From: Balanoglossus misakiensis
Taxonomy: Eukaryota > Animalia > Hemichordata
Assembly: GCA_040954595.2 (NCBI GenBank)
Contig: JBECUI020000067.1
Span: forward strand, 1 to 36,170
Length of the DNA: 36,170 bases
Reading direction: 5' to 3'
Made by a program: the position numbers and the translations under genes. Positions 19,930 through 29,550 of this stretch are shown here, piece after piece; position 1 is the first letter of the stretch, and every line of letters starts with the position of its first letter. Under the pieces are notes generated by a model. That model made no database searches. It worked only from the letters and a program-made list of their open reading frames with translations, and had not been told where the DNA came from.

Positions 19930-20340
19930 ATGATATATGATATTTCTAAATCTGTAGAATGGAAAGGCGGGGGGGATTTTATTTATTTTGAACTTGCCAA
20001 ATGGAACGAAACCGCAAAAGAGCAGATAAACGCCTGCCAAAATATAGAGGAGTTAAAAACCTTTTTTGATGAGATGTGCGAAAAATATTTCTTACACTAC
20101 AACCTCAAAATAAAAGAGTTTAAGGAAACGGTTTTGCAAGAAAAAGAATTTTCAGCCCTCTCTTTGGAGAAACAAACAGAAATGTTTCTTACCATGTTGG
20201 ACTTAAATCAGATGTATGTAAACCGATCGGAGATGGAAGATTCGAAGTTTGGAATAAGTGAGGGAGATATGCAGTTGACGGGAAAATTTTATTGTGGTCG
20301 TAACGCATTGACGGAGCAAAAGATACAGGGTAGTATCTAA
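19930..20340 (+). pseudogene. Orphan C-terminal domain of a second (LlaFI-like) type III Mod
   Basis: ISKSVEWKGGGDFIYFEL...LDLNQMYVN.SEMED...FY resembles the C-terminus of LlaFI-type Mod proteins; no catalytic motifs. Confidence 0.7.
20165..20292 (+). repeat. 128-bp direct repeat, copy 2 (right of Shedu)
   Basis: Matches 18390-18517 at an offset of 1775 bp. Confidence 0.95.
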
Positions 20341-20364
20341 TAAGATAATAGAAGGATAGAGTAT

Positions 20365-20979
20365 ATGAGCCATTCATTACTGAATCGATTGTTTTATACA
20401 TCCGGATTAATTAAATTACTCATTCTTTTCATAGCTATCTCCTTCCCCATTCAGGTTTTTTCAAATGACAAGGTATGGGAACTTTTGCAGCAAGGAGATA
20501 AGGTTGTACTCATTAGACATGCTTTAGCCAATATTACTGGTTTGGGCGAACCGATTTCGGGAGGCGATTTACCGGGATTTACCTTGGATTCTTGTGATAA
20601 ACAAAGAGTCTTGGGGAAAGAAGGAATTGAACAAAGCAAAAGAATCGGATTAGCCTTCAAAAAATACACAATCCCAATTGATCAGGTGTTCAGTTCACAA
20701 TGGTGTCGATGTTATCAAACAGCAGAATTTGCCTTTGGTCGTTATGAAATTTTTACCGCATTAAATTCTACATTTCAAGGTCAATACAGGGCGAAAGAAG
20801 CAGAACAGTTACAGCGGTTGAGAAATTATGTGAAGAATTGGGAAGGCAATGGGAAAAATCTCGTTTTAGTTACGCATTACAGTATTATAACAGCAATAAC
20901 GGATGCTGTCCCAGGGCAGGGAAGCATTGTCATTACCGATAAACAATTGAACGTTCTCGGTACAATCCATATTAAATAG
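20365..20979 (+). CDS. Exported histidine phosphatase superfamily protein (SixA/Ais-like)
   Basis: Hydrophobic N-terminus, VLIRHA, SSQWCRC.QTA, LVTH. Confidence 0.85.
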   Translation: MSHSLLNRLFYTSGLIKLLILFIAISFPIQVFSNDKVWELLQQGDKVVLIRHALANITGLGEPISGGDLPGFTLDSCDKQRVLGKEGIEQSKRIGLAFKKYTIPIDQVFSSQWCRCYQTAEFAFGRYEIFTALNSTFQGQYRAKEAEQLQRLRNYVKNWEGNGKNLVLVTHYSIITAITDAVPGQGSIVITDKQLNVLGTIHIK

Positions 20980-21001
20980 TTATAATTCGTAAGACAGGTG
21001 C

Positions 21002-21772
21002 CTATTCATCACTTCCCGGCACCTTTATTTCAAACCTACGAAGGAGTTCGTCTTGTATCAGTTGCATTATTGTAGGGGTATCATTCTTATCAATGATAAG
21101 GGTAGGGACAGGAGTTTTGTCTGCAACTTCCTTTTTGCAGATAAGAAGATGCCAATACCGATTTAAGCGACTACCTTCTGCTACTTCAACAAACATACAA
21201 CGTTTTGCATGTTGACGGGTTAAATGCATGTTTTGTGTTATACAATAGCTGGTATCGTATAATGCGGCAAGTTTTCTTGTTAGGATGGCAGCCTCGGGGA
21301 GTTGGATAGCAATGTTCAGTACGAAATACGGTTGCACAACAGTGGGAATGAAATGCCAGAACGCTGCGGGGCGTTCTCGTATGTCCTGACCGCTTACCGG
21401 TACGGCACTGCGACTTAAATCAACGGGTAGCCAGCGAGCATGCAAAGCCTTCGCAAAGGCAAGTCCGTATTCTTCCGAAGAAATGACGAGGTGAATTGAT
21501 TTTTTAATATATTTTCGCACTGTATTTGCCCAAATTTCAGGGGCTTGTGGGTTATGACGGTTTGCTTCTTGGATCTCTTCATCAATGTACACAATACGTG
21601 CAGTTGGATGTATTTTCTTCATCCATTGATAACGAATCGGCCCTGGAATGGAATCTGATTGCATGACACAGAGCATTATGTATAAGGTATCGCAGTTTTG
21701 CAGGGCATATTCTATCAAATAGGTATGTCCGCTATGGGGGGGGATAAATCTACCAATAATTAAACCATTCAT
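21002..21772 (-). CDS. NadR-like nucleotidyltransferase (NMNAT domain) with a degenerate kinase part
   Basis: GRFIPPHSGH (HxGH), R..WM, SSEEYG, D.SR..VPVSG..IR..P...W.FIP..V.PYFV; no P-loop follows. Confidence 0.8.
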   Translation of the reverse strand: MNGLIIGRFIPPHSGHTYLIEYALQNCDTLYIMLCVMQSDSIPGPIRYQWMKKIHPTARIVYIDEEIQEANRHNPQAPEIWANTVRKYIKKSIHLVISSEEYGLAFAKALHARWLPVDLSRSAVPVSGQDIRERPAAFWHFIPTVVQPYFVLNIAIQLPEAAILTRKLAALYDTSYCITQNMHLTRQHAKRCMFVEVAEGSRLNRYWHLLICKKEVADKTPVPTLIIDKNDTPTIMQLIQDELLRRFEIKVPGSDE

Positions 21773-21786
21773 GCTTGAATCCTATA

Positions 21787-21814
21787 TTGACCTTGGAATA
21801 CAAATTAGTATAAT
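21787..21814 (+). promoter_or_regulatory. Putative sigma70 promoter
   Basis: TTGACC, 16 nt, TATAAT upstream of the amino-acid ABC genes. Confidence 0.5.
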
Positions 21815-21877
21815 ATAATACTAAGGTATTATCAACGTTTACATTGTAAACAAAATTTTTTGGGAGAAAAGTTATCA

Positions 21878-22681
21878 ATGAAGTTTCTTTATAGTTTATT
21901 ATGCATATTGTTTTCGTATGCTGTAGTTTTTGCAGATAGTCATGGTTCTGTGGTGAAAATGCCGGATTTGAATGGACGAATCATTCATGCAGTTACCAGT
22001 AACGATTACCCGCCGTTGAGTATGGTTAATCCAAAAACCGGGAAATCAATAGGTTTTGAGTATGACATTACCAATGAGATCGCTAAACGATTGAATCTCA
22101 AGGTTGAGTGGTATTTATCATCGTGGGAAACAATGATTGCTTCGGTTCGTGAAGGACAGTTTGATGTCGGCATGGATGGAATTACCATCACAGAGGAACG
22201 AGAAAAAATCATTGATTTCTCCGCTCCCTACCTAAAATCCGAACAGTTCATGTTAGTCCGAGCGAATGAAGAAAGATTTGATTCTCCAAAAATGTTTAGT
22301 GAGCAATCAGATTTGTTAGTCGGCGCCATCGCGGGAACAACAAACTTTTATACTGCAGTCTATGAAGTGCTTGACGGGAACGAAGATAATCCGCGGATAC
22401 ATATTTTTAATTCCTTCGGTGCATTGGTGCAGGCCTTAATTAGCGGAGATGTTGATCTTGTATTGATGGATGCAGCTTCCAGTCGGGGTTATATCGGTGT
22501 TCACCCGGACAAGCTGAAGGTGGTCGGCGGTCCACTGGGAAGTGAAGAATTCGGGTATATCTTTACTCCTGCATCCGACTTGGTCGAACCTTTTAATATT
22601 GCTCTTGAAACCATACGGAAAGACGGCACTCTTGATCGTTTAACGAAGTATTGGTTCTTTGAGTACAACTTTGAGAAATAG
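21878..22681 (+). CDS. Polar amino-acid ABC transporter substrate-binding protein (family 3)
   Basis: Signal peptide, DYPPL, GFEYDI..EIAKRL, ITITEER...IDFS.PY. The ATG at 21878 is preferred over the TTG at 21860. Confidence 0.9.
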   Translation: MKFLYSLLCILFSYAVVFADSHGSVVKMPDLNGRIIHAVTSNDYPPLSMVNPKTGKSIGFEYDITNEIAKRLNLKVEWYLSSWETMIASVREGQFDVGMDGITITEEREKIIDFSAPYLKSEQFMLVRANEERFDSPKMFSEQSDLLVGAIAGTTNFYTAVYEVLDGNEDNPRIHIFNSFGALVQALISGDVDLVLMDAASSRGYIGVHPDKLKVVGGPLGSEEFGYIFTPASDLVEPFNIALETIRKDGTLDRLTKYWFFEYNFEK

Positions 22682-22684
22682 GAC

Positions 22685-23536
22685 TTGATTTTGAATAAAT
22701 CGGGCGATTCTGAGCACATCAGACCGCCCGTACAAAGTCTCTTTGCGCGGCTTCCCTATTGGTTTCTCTTCCTACTGTTTGGGGGCATTATATTTGTTTG
22801 GTATAGCATACGAACAGAGACCCTCGGGGAAATTTTTCTTATTACTCTGGAAGGGCTGGGGACGACATTGTATGTCTCGGTTCTATCCTATGTATTAGCA
22901 ATATTTCTCGGGCTCTGCATTGCTCTTATGCGTGTTTCCCATTGGCGAGTTTTGCGGGAAATTTCATCGTTTTACACGGAGATTATTCGTGGAGTCCCCA
23001 TGCTTGTTATCCTCTACTACATAGCCTTTGTTGCTGCCCCTGCCATTGTAGTGCTCTTGAACTGGATTGGAGAGCCCTTACGTTATCTCGGCTTCCCCCT
23101 ACAGAAGGTTGGAATACGGGATCTCACTTTTACCTGGCGTGCAGTCATTGCCTTGACTATAGGATATAGTGCCTTTATTGCGGAAATATTTCGTGCGGGC
23201 ATTCTATCAGTTGAAGCGGGGCAAACTGAGGCAGCACTCGCACTTGGCATGAGCCGATGGAGAACCTTATACAACATTGTTTTACCACAAGCCTTTCGAA
23301 ATGTCTTGCCGCCACTCGGCAATGAGTTTGTTGCTATTATTAAAGATTCCGCTCTTGTATCTGTTCTCGGTGTTCGGGACATTACCCTTATTGGAAAGAT
23401 CTATTCTTCATCAACCTTTCTCTTTTTTGAAACCTACAATGTTGTTGCCTTTTTGTATCTCAGCATTACCGTAACCCTTTCTATGTTCATACGATGGTTG
23501 GAGCATTATCTTGCCAGCCATAAAAAACATATATAA
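22685..23536 (+). CDS. Polar amino-acid ABC transporter permease
   Basis: IIRGVPMLV, SAFIAEIFRAGI.SV..GQ.EAA.ALG, VLPQA.R..LPPLGNEF...IKDSAL. Confidence 0.93.
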   Translation: MILNKSGDSEHIRPPVQSLFARLPYWFLFLLFGGIIFVWYSIRTETLGEIFLITLEGLGTTLYVSVLSYVLAIFLGLCIALMRVSHWRVLREISSFYTEIIRGVPMLVILYYIAFVAAPAIVVLLNWIGEPLRYLGFPLQKVGIRDLTFTWRAVIALTIGYSAFIAEIFRAGILSVEAGQTEAALALGMSRWRTLYNIVLPQAFRNVLPPLGNEFVAIIKDSALVSVLGVRDITLIGKIYSSSTFLFFETYNVVAFLYLSITVTLSMFIRWLEHYLASHKKHI

Positions 23537-23549
23537 ATCAACAAATTTA

Positions 23550-23578
23550 TTGCACTATTTCTCTTTGCATGTTATACT
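23550..23578 (+). promoter_or_regulatory. sigma70 promoter (extended -10) of the thiBPQ leader
   Basis: TTGCAC, 17 nt, TGt-TATACT; the predicted +1 coincides with the riboswitch 5' end. Confidence 0.7.
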
Positions 23579-23583
23579 ACCGA

Positions 23584-23657
23584 TGATCCCGGGGTGGTAT
23601 CTCCTGAGAATATACCCGTGGAACCTGATCTGAGTAATATCAGCGCAGGGAGGATCA
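23584..23657 (+). ncRNA. TPP (THI-box) riboswitch
   Basis: P1 TGATCC/GGATCA; GGGGTG...CTGAGA...TACCC.TGGAACCTGATC...GTAAT..CAGCGCAGGGA; directly upstream of a thiamine ABC transporter. Confidence 0.93.
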
Positions 23658-23712
23658 AGATCACCTTCCTGCACTGATTTATTCTCTTTTATGTATTTGT
23701 ATGGGGAAAATT

Positions 23713-24747
23713 ATGAATAAGTGTATTGCGGTATTATTTCTATGTATGGCGGTCATGCTGTACGCTGGACCGAGTAAAGAAGCAGCAGCAAAGGGAACGG
23801 TTATTATTTATGCATCCGAATCTTTTGTATCTGAATGGGGCATGGGCCCGAAAATTAAGGATGTTTTTACAGCCGAGACTGGATGGAATATTACATTTAT
23901 TTCAGTGGGTGATACGGTAACGAACTTCCTTGCAGCAAAGAGCATGGATCCTCAGGATCCGCAACGACCGGATGTTATTATTGGGATAGACAACAACATG
24001 ATTCCAATGGTGCTACAAAACGATTTTCTCCGTGAGTATAGCCCAAAGTTTGAGATATCGGATAGTGTTCCATCCTGGTTATTTGAGGGAACGGAGAACC
24101 GGCTCGTTCCCTATGATTTCGGCTATCTTGCATTTGTATATAATCAAGGTGATGTCATCCATCCACCAACCGGATTAGAAGATCTAACTCATGCTCGCTT
24201 TCAGCGTTCCATTGTTCTTACTGACCCGCGAAGTTCCAGTTTGGGTCTTTCCTTTCTATTCTGGACGATACGGACCTACGGTGATAGGTATCTTGATTAT
24301 TGGGAACGGCTACGTCCGTCAGTACTTGCTATTGTTGATGGCTGGAGTACTGCCTACGGTCTCTTTACATCGGGGGAGGCGCGTATGGTACTGAGTTATA
24401 GTACCAGTCCGGTGTATCATGCTGAGTTTGAGGAGAACTATGACATAAAGGCTGCGATCTTTGACGATGGCAATTATTTGCAGATTGAGTATGCAGGTAT
24501 TACAGCGTATGCACAAAATCCCACGGGAGCCGAGCAGTTCATTGATTTCGTGTTATCATCACATTTTCAATCAGAAATTCCTTTGACAAACATTATGTAT
24601 CCGATACGTAGTGATATCCCTGTGCCACCATCCTTTTCGTATGCCGTTGCACCCGACAGACCTGTTGTACTGAGCATAGATGAGATACGAGAAAATCGTG
24701 AGCAATGGTTAAACGACTGGCAGGAATTTATGGGCACGCTTCAATGA
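23713..24747 (+). CDS. thiB: Thiamine ABC transporter substrate-binding protein
   Basis: SFVSEWG.GP, GIDN, PYDFGY.AFVY, DPRSSS.GL.FL, GWS.AY.LF..GE..MVLSY.TSP.YH, QIEYA; TPP riboswitch upstream. Alternative start at 23701. Confidence 0.92.
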   Translation: MNKCIAVLFLCMAVMLYAGPSKEAAAKGTVIIYASESFVSEWGMGPKIKDVFTAETGWNITFISVGDTVTNFLAAKSMDPQDPQRPDVIIGIDNNMIPMVLQNDFLREYSPKFEISDSVPSWLFEGTENRLVPYDFGYLAFVYNQGDVIHPPTGLEDLTHARFQRSIVLTDPRSSSLGLSFLFWTIRTYGDRYLDYWERLRPSVLAIVDGWSTAYGLFTSGEARMVLSYSTSPVYHAEFEENYDIKAAIFDDGNYLQIEYAGITAYAQNPTGAEQFIDFVLSSHFQSEIPLTNIMYPIRSDIPVPPSFSYAVAPDRPVVLSIDEIRENREQWLNDWQEFMGTLQ

Positions 24748-26354
24748 AAATTGCCGGGCCGCTGGTCTTTCTTACAGTAACGGTGTTATACATGCCTCTT
24801 TTGCTTTTTATTGTGCAAGGTATGGAACTATCTACTGTTATTACTGTTATTCAGTCAGCGTTATACCGGCGTATGTTTTTTTTTACCTTGTTACAGGCGA
24901 TCCTGAGCACGGTGCTAGCAATTATTTTAGGACTACCAGCTGCGTATATCATCAGTCATTTTCGATTCCACGGCAAACGCTTATTGCGTAGCTTGTCTCT
25001 TGTTTCCTTTATGTTACCATCAATCCTCTTAGTGCTTGGATTCATTCTGGTTTGGGGGAATAATGGCATTATTAACCGATTTCTTTCATGGCTTATGCCG
25101 ACGGCTGACAAACCGATTCTTCCTGTTTTATATTCGCTTGGTGGTATTGTGTTAGCGCATGGGTTTTATAATTTTGGAATCTGTACGCGTTTGTTATCTG
25201 CGAAGTGGGATACCATATCATGGTCACAGATACATGCTGCGCGCAATCTTGGGGCGAGTTCTAGTCGGGTATATCGAGACATAGTATTACCGCATCTTAT
25301 GCCGGCGTTTCGGGCATGTGCGACTATAATATTCCTATTCTGCTTTACGAGTTTTGCTGTGGTTCTGGTGATGGGTGGTGGACCTTGGCATGCAACACTT
25401 GAAGTAGCAATCTATCGCCTTGTTAAGATTGATTTTAACATTCAGCAGGCAGCAACCCTTGCTCTTATTCAAACAGGTATTACTCTTGCAATATCTGCTT
25501 TTTTTCTGTCAGGGCGGGGTGTGCGTGGTATACAAGTAAGGCGAGAGGAAGATCTTCCCTTGTTGCGGGAGAGCCGAGCAGTCTACTGGGCAAGACCATA
25601 TCTTGTTTTGATCTTTAGTGCGATACTCTTACCCCTGATTGCCATTATTGTATTATCAATGCAGACACAGAGTTCACGAATGGCAAGTAATTTTACTGAT
25701 TTAGGTACGTATGCGACGCTCTTTCGCAGTGCCCTTCTTCCCTTGTACAGTAGTTTAGTGTTGAGTCTGAGTTCAACAGTAGTGTCATTCTTAATTGGTA
25801 GTTTTCTTGCCGCAACATTGCACCGATTGCGGAGAAAGGGTTTTGTACAGGCATTACTTTTTCTTCCTTATTGTGTTTCTCCCATTATCCTTTCTTTGGG
25901 GTATATGAACATCCGAAGTTTCTTTGGGGGAGAAATTTTTCTTGTTTTGGTGATGGTGCATGCAGTTTTTTCCCTTCCACTTCTTGTCCGTACCCTTCTT
26001 ATTGTATTGGAGGGCATAGGTAGCGATTTACCGCAGGCCGCTGCAAATCTCGGTGCCAATCCATTTCTGGTATGGCGTACAATTTATTTTCCCCTTGCAT
26101 TGCCGGGCGTCCTTGCTGCAGTTTCATTAGTGATCTCCCTTTCATTTGGGGAGTTTAGTGCATCATTAATGCTAGCCCCACCTAATTTTTATCCCATTCC
26201 TGTTGCTATGTACCGAATGATGGATAACTATCGCTTCTTTGAGGCTTGTCGTCTCGGTGTTGTATTAATAGCTTGTACATTAATACTGCTTATTGTTATT
26301 GATTTTCTTACTACAAAATTTCAGCGGGCAAGAAGATATGTTGGATTGTTGTAA
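24744..26354 (+). CDS. thiP: Thiamine ABC transporter permease
   Basis: FTLLQA.LST, LAH.FYN, FLFCFTSF...L.MGG, two EAA-like loops; ATGA overlap with thiB. Confidence 0.88.
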   Translation: MKIAGPLVFLTVTVLYMPLLLFIVQGMELSTVITVIQSALYRRMFFFTLLQAILSTVLAIILGLPAAYIISHFRFHGKRLLRSLSLVSFMLPSILLVLGFILVWGNNGIINRFLSWLMPTADKPILPVLYSLGGIVLAHGFYNFGICTRLLSAKWDTISWSQIHAARNLGASSSRVYRDIVLPHLMPAFRACATIIFLFCFTSFAVVLVMGGGPWHATLEVAIYRLVKIDFNIQQAATLALIQTGITLAISAFFLSGRGVRGIQVRREEDLPLLRESRAVYWARPYLVLIFSAILLPLIAIIVLSMQTQSSRMASNFTDLGTYATLFRSALLPLYSSLVLSLSSTVVSFLIGSFLAATLHRLRRKGFVQALLFLPYCVSPIILSLGYMNIRSFFGGEIFLVLVMVHAVFSLPLLVRTLLIVLEGIGSDLPQAAANLGANPFLVWRTIYFPLALPGVLAAVSLVISLSFGEFSASLMLAPPNFYPIPVAMYRMMDNYRFFEACRLGVVLIACTLILLIVIDFLTTKFQRARRYVGLL

Positions 26355-27399
26355 TATTCTTCTTTCTCAAGGAAATTTTACATCTTCCTTTAGTTTACAG
26401 GTACAGCCGGAAGAGTTATTAACATTGCTTGGTCCAAGTGGATCCGGAAAGACGAGCATACTTCGGTGTATTGCTGGATTTCTGCAACCGCAGTCGGGCA
26501 AAATTATACTACACAACCGTGACATTACCGATCTCCCCCCACATAAACGCAATACCTGTATGGTATTTCAAGACTACGTTCTTTTTCTCCATATGAATGT
26601 CTGGGATAATATAGCCTACGGACTGCGCACGAGGAAATATTCGAAGGGCAAGATACAAAGGTCAGTGGATGGCTTGCTTGAATTGCTGAACCTGACTTCC
26701 TATGCACATACAATGGTGTATAATCTCTCGGGTGGGGAGCAGCAACGGGTTGCACTTGCCCGGGCATTGGCACCGAATCCGGATATTCTATTACTTGATG
26801 AACCTCTCGGCTCTCTTGATATGGCATTACGGTATCAGGTTCGCAGAGAGATTCGTGCTATTCAGCAAGAGCGGCGGCTCACTGTTATTTATGTAACTCA
26901 CGATCAGGAGGAGGCCTTTGCGATATCGGATCGAATTGTTCTTATACGTAACGGAGGTATCATGCAGATTGGCAGTCCACAGGAGATATACAATCATCCG
27001 CAAAGCAGGTTTGCAGCGACATTCCTTGGTGAATGTTTACTTCTGAAAGGCAAGGTGATGCAGACAAGTGCCTCGGGGTCTGTTGTCGAAACTTGTCTGG
27101 GTCCAGTTGTTCTCTCTTCACCGACAGAACATCAGCGGGTTATTCTTTGTGTTCGCCCCGAGGATATTATTGTTGGTCGAGCGGAGAAAAACAGGTTCAG
27201 CGGGAAAGTTGTACATCGTGAATTTCGGGGGAGCTATAGCATTGTTCACGTGCGGAGTGCAGGTTGCGAGATACCGGTAAGAATCCCCAAGCGATGGTCG
27301 GACTCATTGGAAACATTTTCATTTTCATCATCATCAATTTCAGTTATTTCAGACGAAGAGAAAGAGGACTTTTCTGCTGTGAAGGCAGAAGCACAATAA
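26338..27399 (+). CDS. thiQ: ABC ATPase of the thiamine transporter (PotA-like, with TOBE domain)
   Basis: GPSGSGKT, LSGGEQQRVALARAL, LLDEPL, YVTHDQEEA; operon context. Confidence 0.85.
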   Translation: MLDCCNILLSQGNFTSSFSLQVQPEELLTLLGPSGSGKTSILRCIAGFLQPQSGKIILHNRDITDLPPHKRNTCMVFQDYVLFLHMNVWDNIAYGLRTRKYSKGKIQRSVDGLLELLNLTSYAHTMVYNLSGGEQQRVALARALAPNPDILLLDEPLGSLDMALRYQVRREIRAIQQERRLTVIYVTHDQEEAFAISDRIVLIRNGGIMQIGSPQEIYNHPQSRFAATFLGECLLLKGKVMQTSASGSVVETCLGPVVLSSPTEHQRVILCVRPEDIIVGRAEKNRFSGKVVHREFRGSYSIVHVRSAGCEIPVRIPKRWSDSLETFSFSSSSISVISDEEKEDFSAVKAEAQ

Positions 27400-28228
27400 G
27401 CAGGATAATGCCTGCACTGACGGTTGTCATACCAGCGAGATTACTGCCCGGTAACCAATAGGTATCGAGGAGTATTACTCCGAGATGTCCGAATGCTGCA
27501 GATAAGATCGCGAAGATCACTGCTGTACACAACATAGTGCGCAGGCTTTTTGAAAAGATGCTTGCTGTTGCTGCGGGAATAATAAGCATAGCTATACTAA
27601 GAATACTTCCTACAACCTGAAAAATAGCAACCATGGTAATGCCGACCTCAATCATTAATAGATAGTGCAGTAGTGCAGGACGGAATCCGAGATATTTTGC
27701 ATAGTTGCCGTCAAAGGATGCAAGGTTCAGTTCTTTATAGAATATAAGGGTGATAAGGGAATTGAGCACTACTACTGCGAGTAAGATGGGTATGGTCTGT
27801 GGTACTGCGATCCCATAAAAATCAAAGGTATTCAAAACGGTCAACTCTACCGATCCATACAAGACGCAGTTCGGATCAAGGTCGACGCTGTCTGCTGCTC
27901 GAACAATGAATACTAATCCGAGTGCAAATAGAATTGAGAAGACGGCACCAAGACTGGCGCTTGCCTCTACCCTCATTTTGGTACGGAGAAATTCTGATGC
28001 CAGTACTAACACGATTACCGTGCCTACGGCACCGATAAACATCACCAAACTACTGCGTTGCCCAGTCAGCAGGAACGACAATGCAATGCCGGGCAGGACG
28101 GCATGACTAATGGCATCACCCACGAGGCTCATACGTTTGAGCAATAGAAAACATCCCGGCAAGGCACATGCTATTGCAGTTAAGACAATGGTGATCAACA
28201 TCCATGTATCAAGCGATGTCCAGATCAT
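27344..28228 (-). CDS. troD: Mn/Zn/Fe ABC permease (TroD/MntD-like)
   Basis: G.FL.LKRMSL.GDAISHAVLPG, VDLDP.CVLYG, KEL.LASFD, VG.IL...ML..PAATA. Confidence 0.88.
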   Translation of the reverse strand: MIWTSLDTWMLITIVLTAIACALPGCFLLLKRMSLVGDAISHAVLPGIALSFLLTGQRSSLVMFIGAVGTVIVLVLASEFLRTKMRVEASASLGAVFSILFALGLVFIVRAADSVDLDPNCVLYGSVELTVLNTFDFYGIAVPQTIPILLAVVVLNSLITLIFYKELNLASFDGNYAKYLGFRPALLHYLLMIEVGITMVAIFQVVGSILSIAMLIIPAATASIFSKSLRTMLCTAVIFAILSAAFGHLGVILLDTYWLPGSNLAGMTTVSAGIILLIVLLPSQQKSPLSLRLK

Positions 28229-29550
28229 ACGGCAAACTCCTCTATGCATTGGTCAAAGCGCTTATCGAAGAGGGCAGGGAATGTTTCTTGCATACTTTCA
28301 GTAACTTCCGGTGGCAAGGTGCTGTTCATTTGCTGTCCATGTAAGAGAAGCAAACGGGTATATTCATGTTGACGTACTTGTTGGAGCATTACGGCAAAGC
28401 CAATTCTGCTGAGTATATACATATCGGTATCAATTTTTTGTAGGTATCCTTTGTGAATAAAGTGTCGCAACATCCGAGAGACCTGCAAGGCTGTCCAGCC
28501 ATGCGAGCGTAATAATTGGTAGTGTTCAATTTCGAACATTCGTTGATATTGAAATGCAGTACTGTAAGGACTCGTATGGGTCTCGTTGTCTTCAGAGTTG
28601 GAAAGATACTGCAGACATTGATCTATCTGTATCGGTAGCAATGCGTAGTAGCAGTTAAGAAATAATCGTTCACGAAGTATATTGTTTTTTATTCTTCTTT
28701 CATGCAATATCAGGATAATAAGACCGCCTTTCTACCAAAAACAAGGCTGAAGCAGAATATGCTGCCCATAGCGAGAACGATAACAGCACCTGCGGGAACA
28801 TCAGGGATGGATGTGCTAATGCCTGTACCGATAAGTCCGCCGAGTACGCCGAATAATGCGGCAAGAATGGTCATTGTTCGGACATTATTGGTCCAGAAAC
28901 GAGCAGCAATGGGTGGCAGGATCATAACTGCAACCATCATAATAAGCCCAACTGCCTGTAGTCCTGCAATAATAAGAAGAAGGGAAAGAATTGCCAATAT
29001 AATGTCCAATAGACCAACTGGGAAGCCTTTTGCCTGTGCCCATGTCTTATCAAAACATGAGAGGTTCATTTCCTTGTAAACTGCAGAGATTGCGAGCAAG
29101 GTAAAAAGTGATATACCAGCAATAAGAGTGGCATCGGAGGCGAGCATGGATGCGGTTTTACCATAGATGAAGCTATTAAGTCCGGCAGCACTCCCTCGAG
29201 GAAAACGTTGTATTAGTGAAAGCATAAGTATGCCAATCCGAAGAAGATCGAGAGAATGATAGCAAGGGAGGCATCTTCCTTAATCAGCGTATTCCGTTTG
29301 AGGCGGACAGGGCTGCTATAGCAAAGAGGCTACTTATAAAGGCACCAAAGAGGAGTCCAGGGAGAAATTTTCCTCCAACATTGATGACTTCCATAATGAT
29401 AAAGGCAAGCCCCACACCGGGGAGGGTTGCGTGGCTGATTGTATCACTAAAAAGAGCACGTTTTTTTAATAAAAGAAAGCAGCCGAGAACGCCTCCGGCA
29501 AGTCCTAAAATGCTTGTTCCAAACAACACGATAAATGTATTATATTGCAT
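28225..29550 (-). CDS. troC: Mn/Zn/Fe ABC permease (TroC/MntC-like) with C-terminal extension; three apparent 1-nt deletions
   Basis: The ORF pieces 29284-29550, 28710-29225 and 28225-28707 join if one base is added near 29302, 29236 and 28730 (...LKRNTLIKEDASLAIILSIFFG...; ...FGRKGGLIILILHERR...). Confidence 0.8.
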
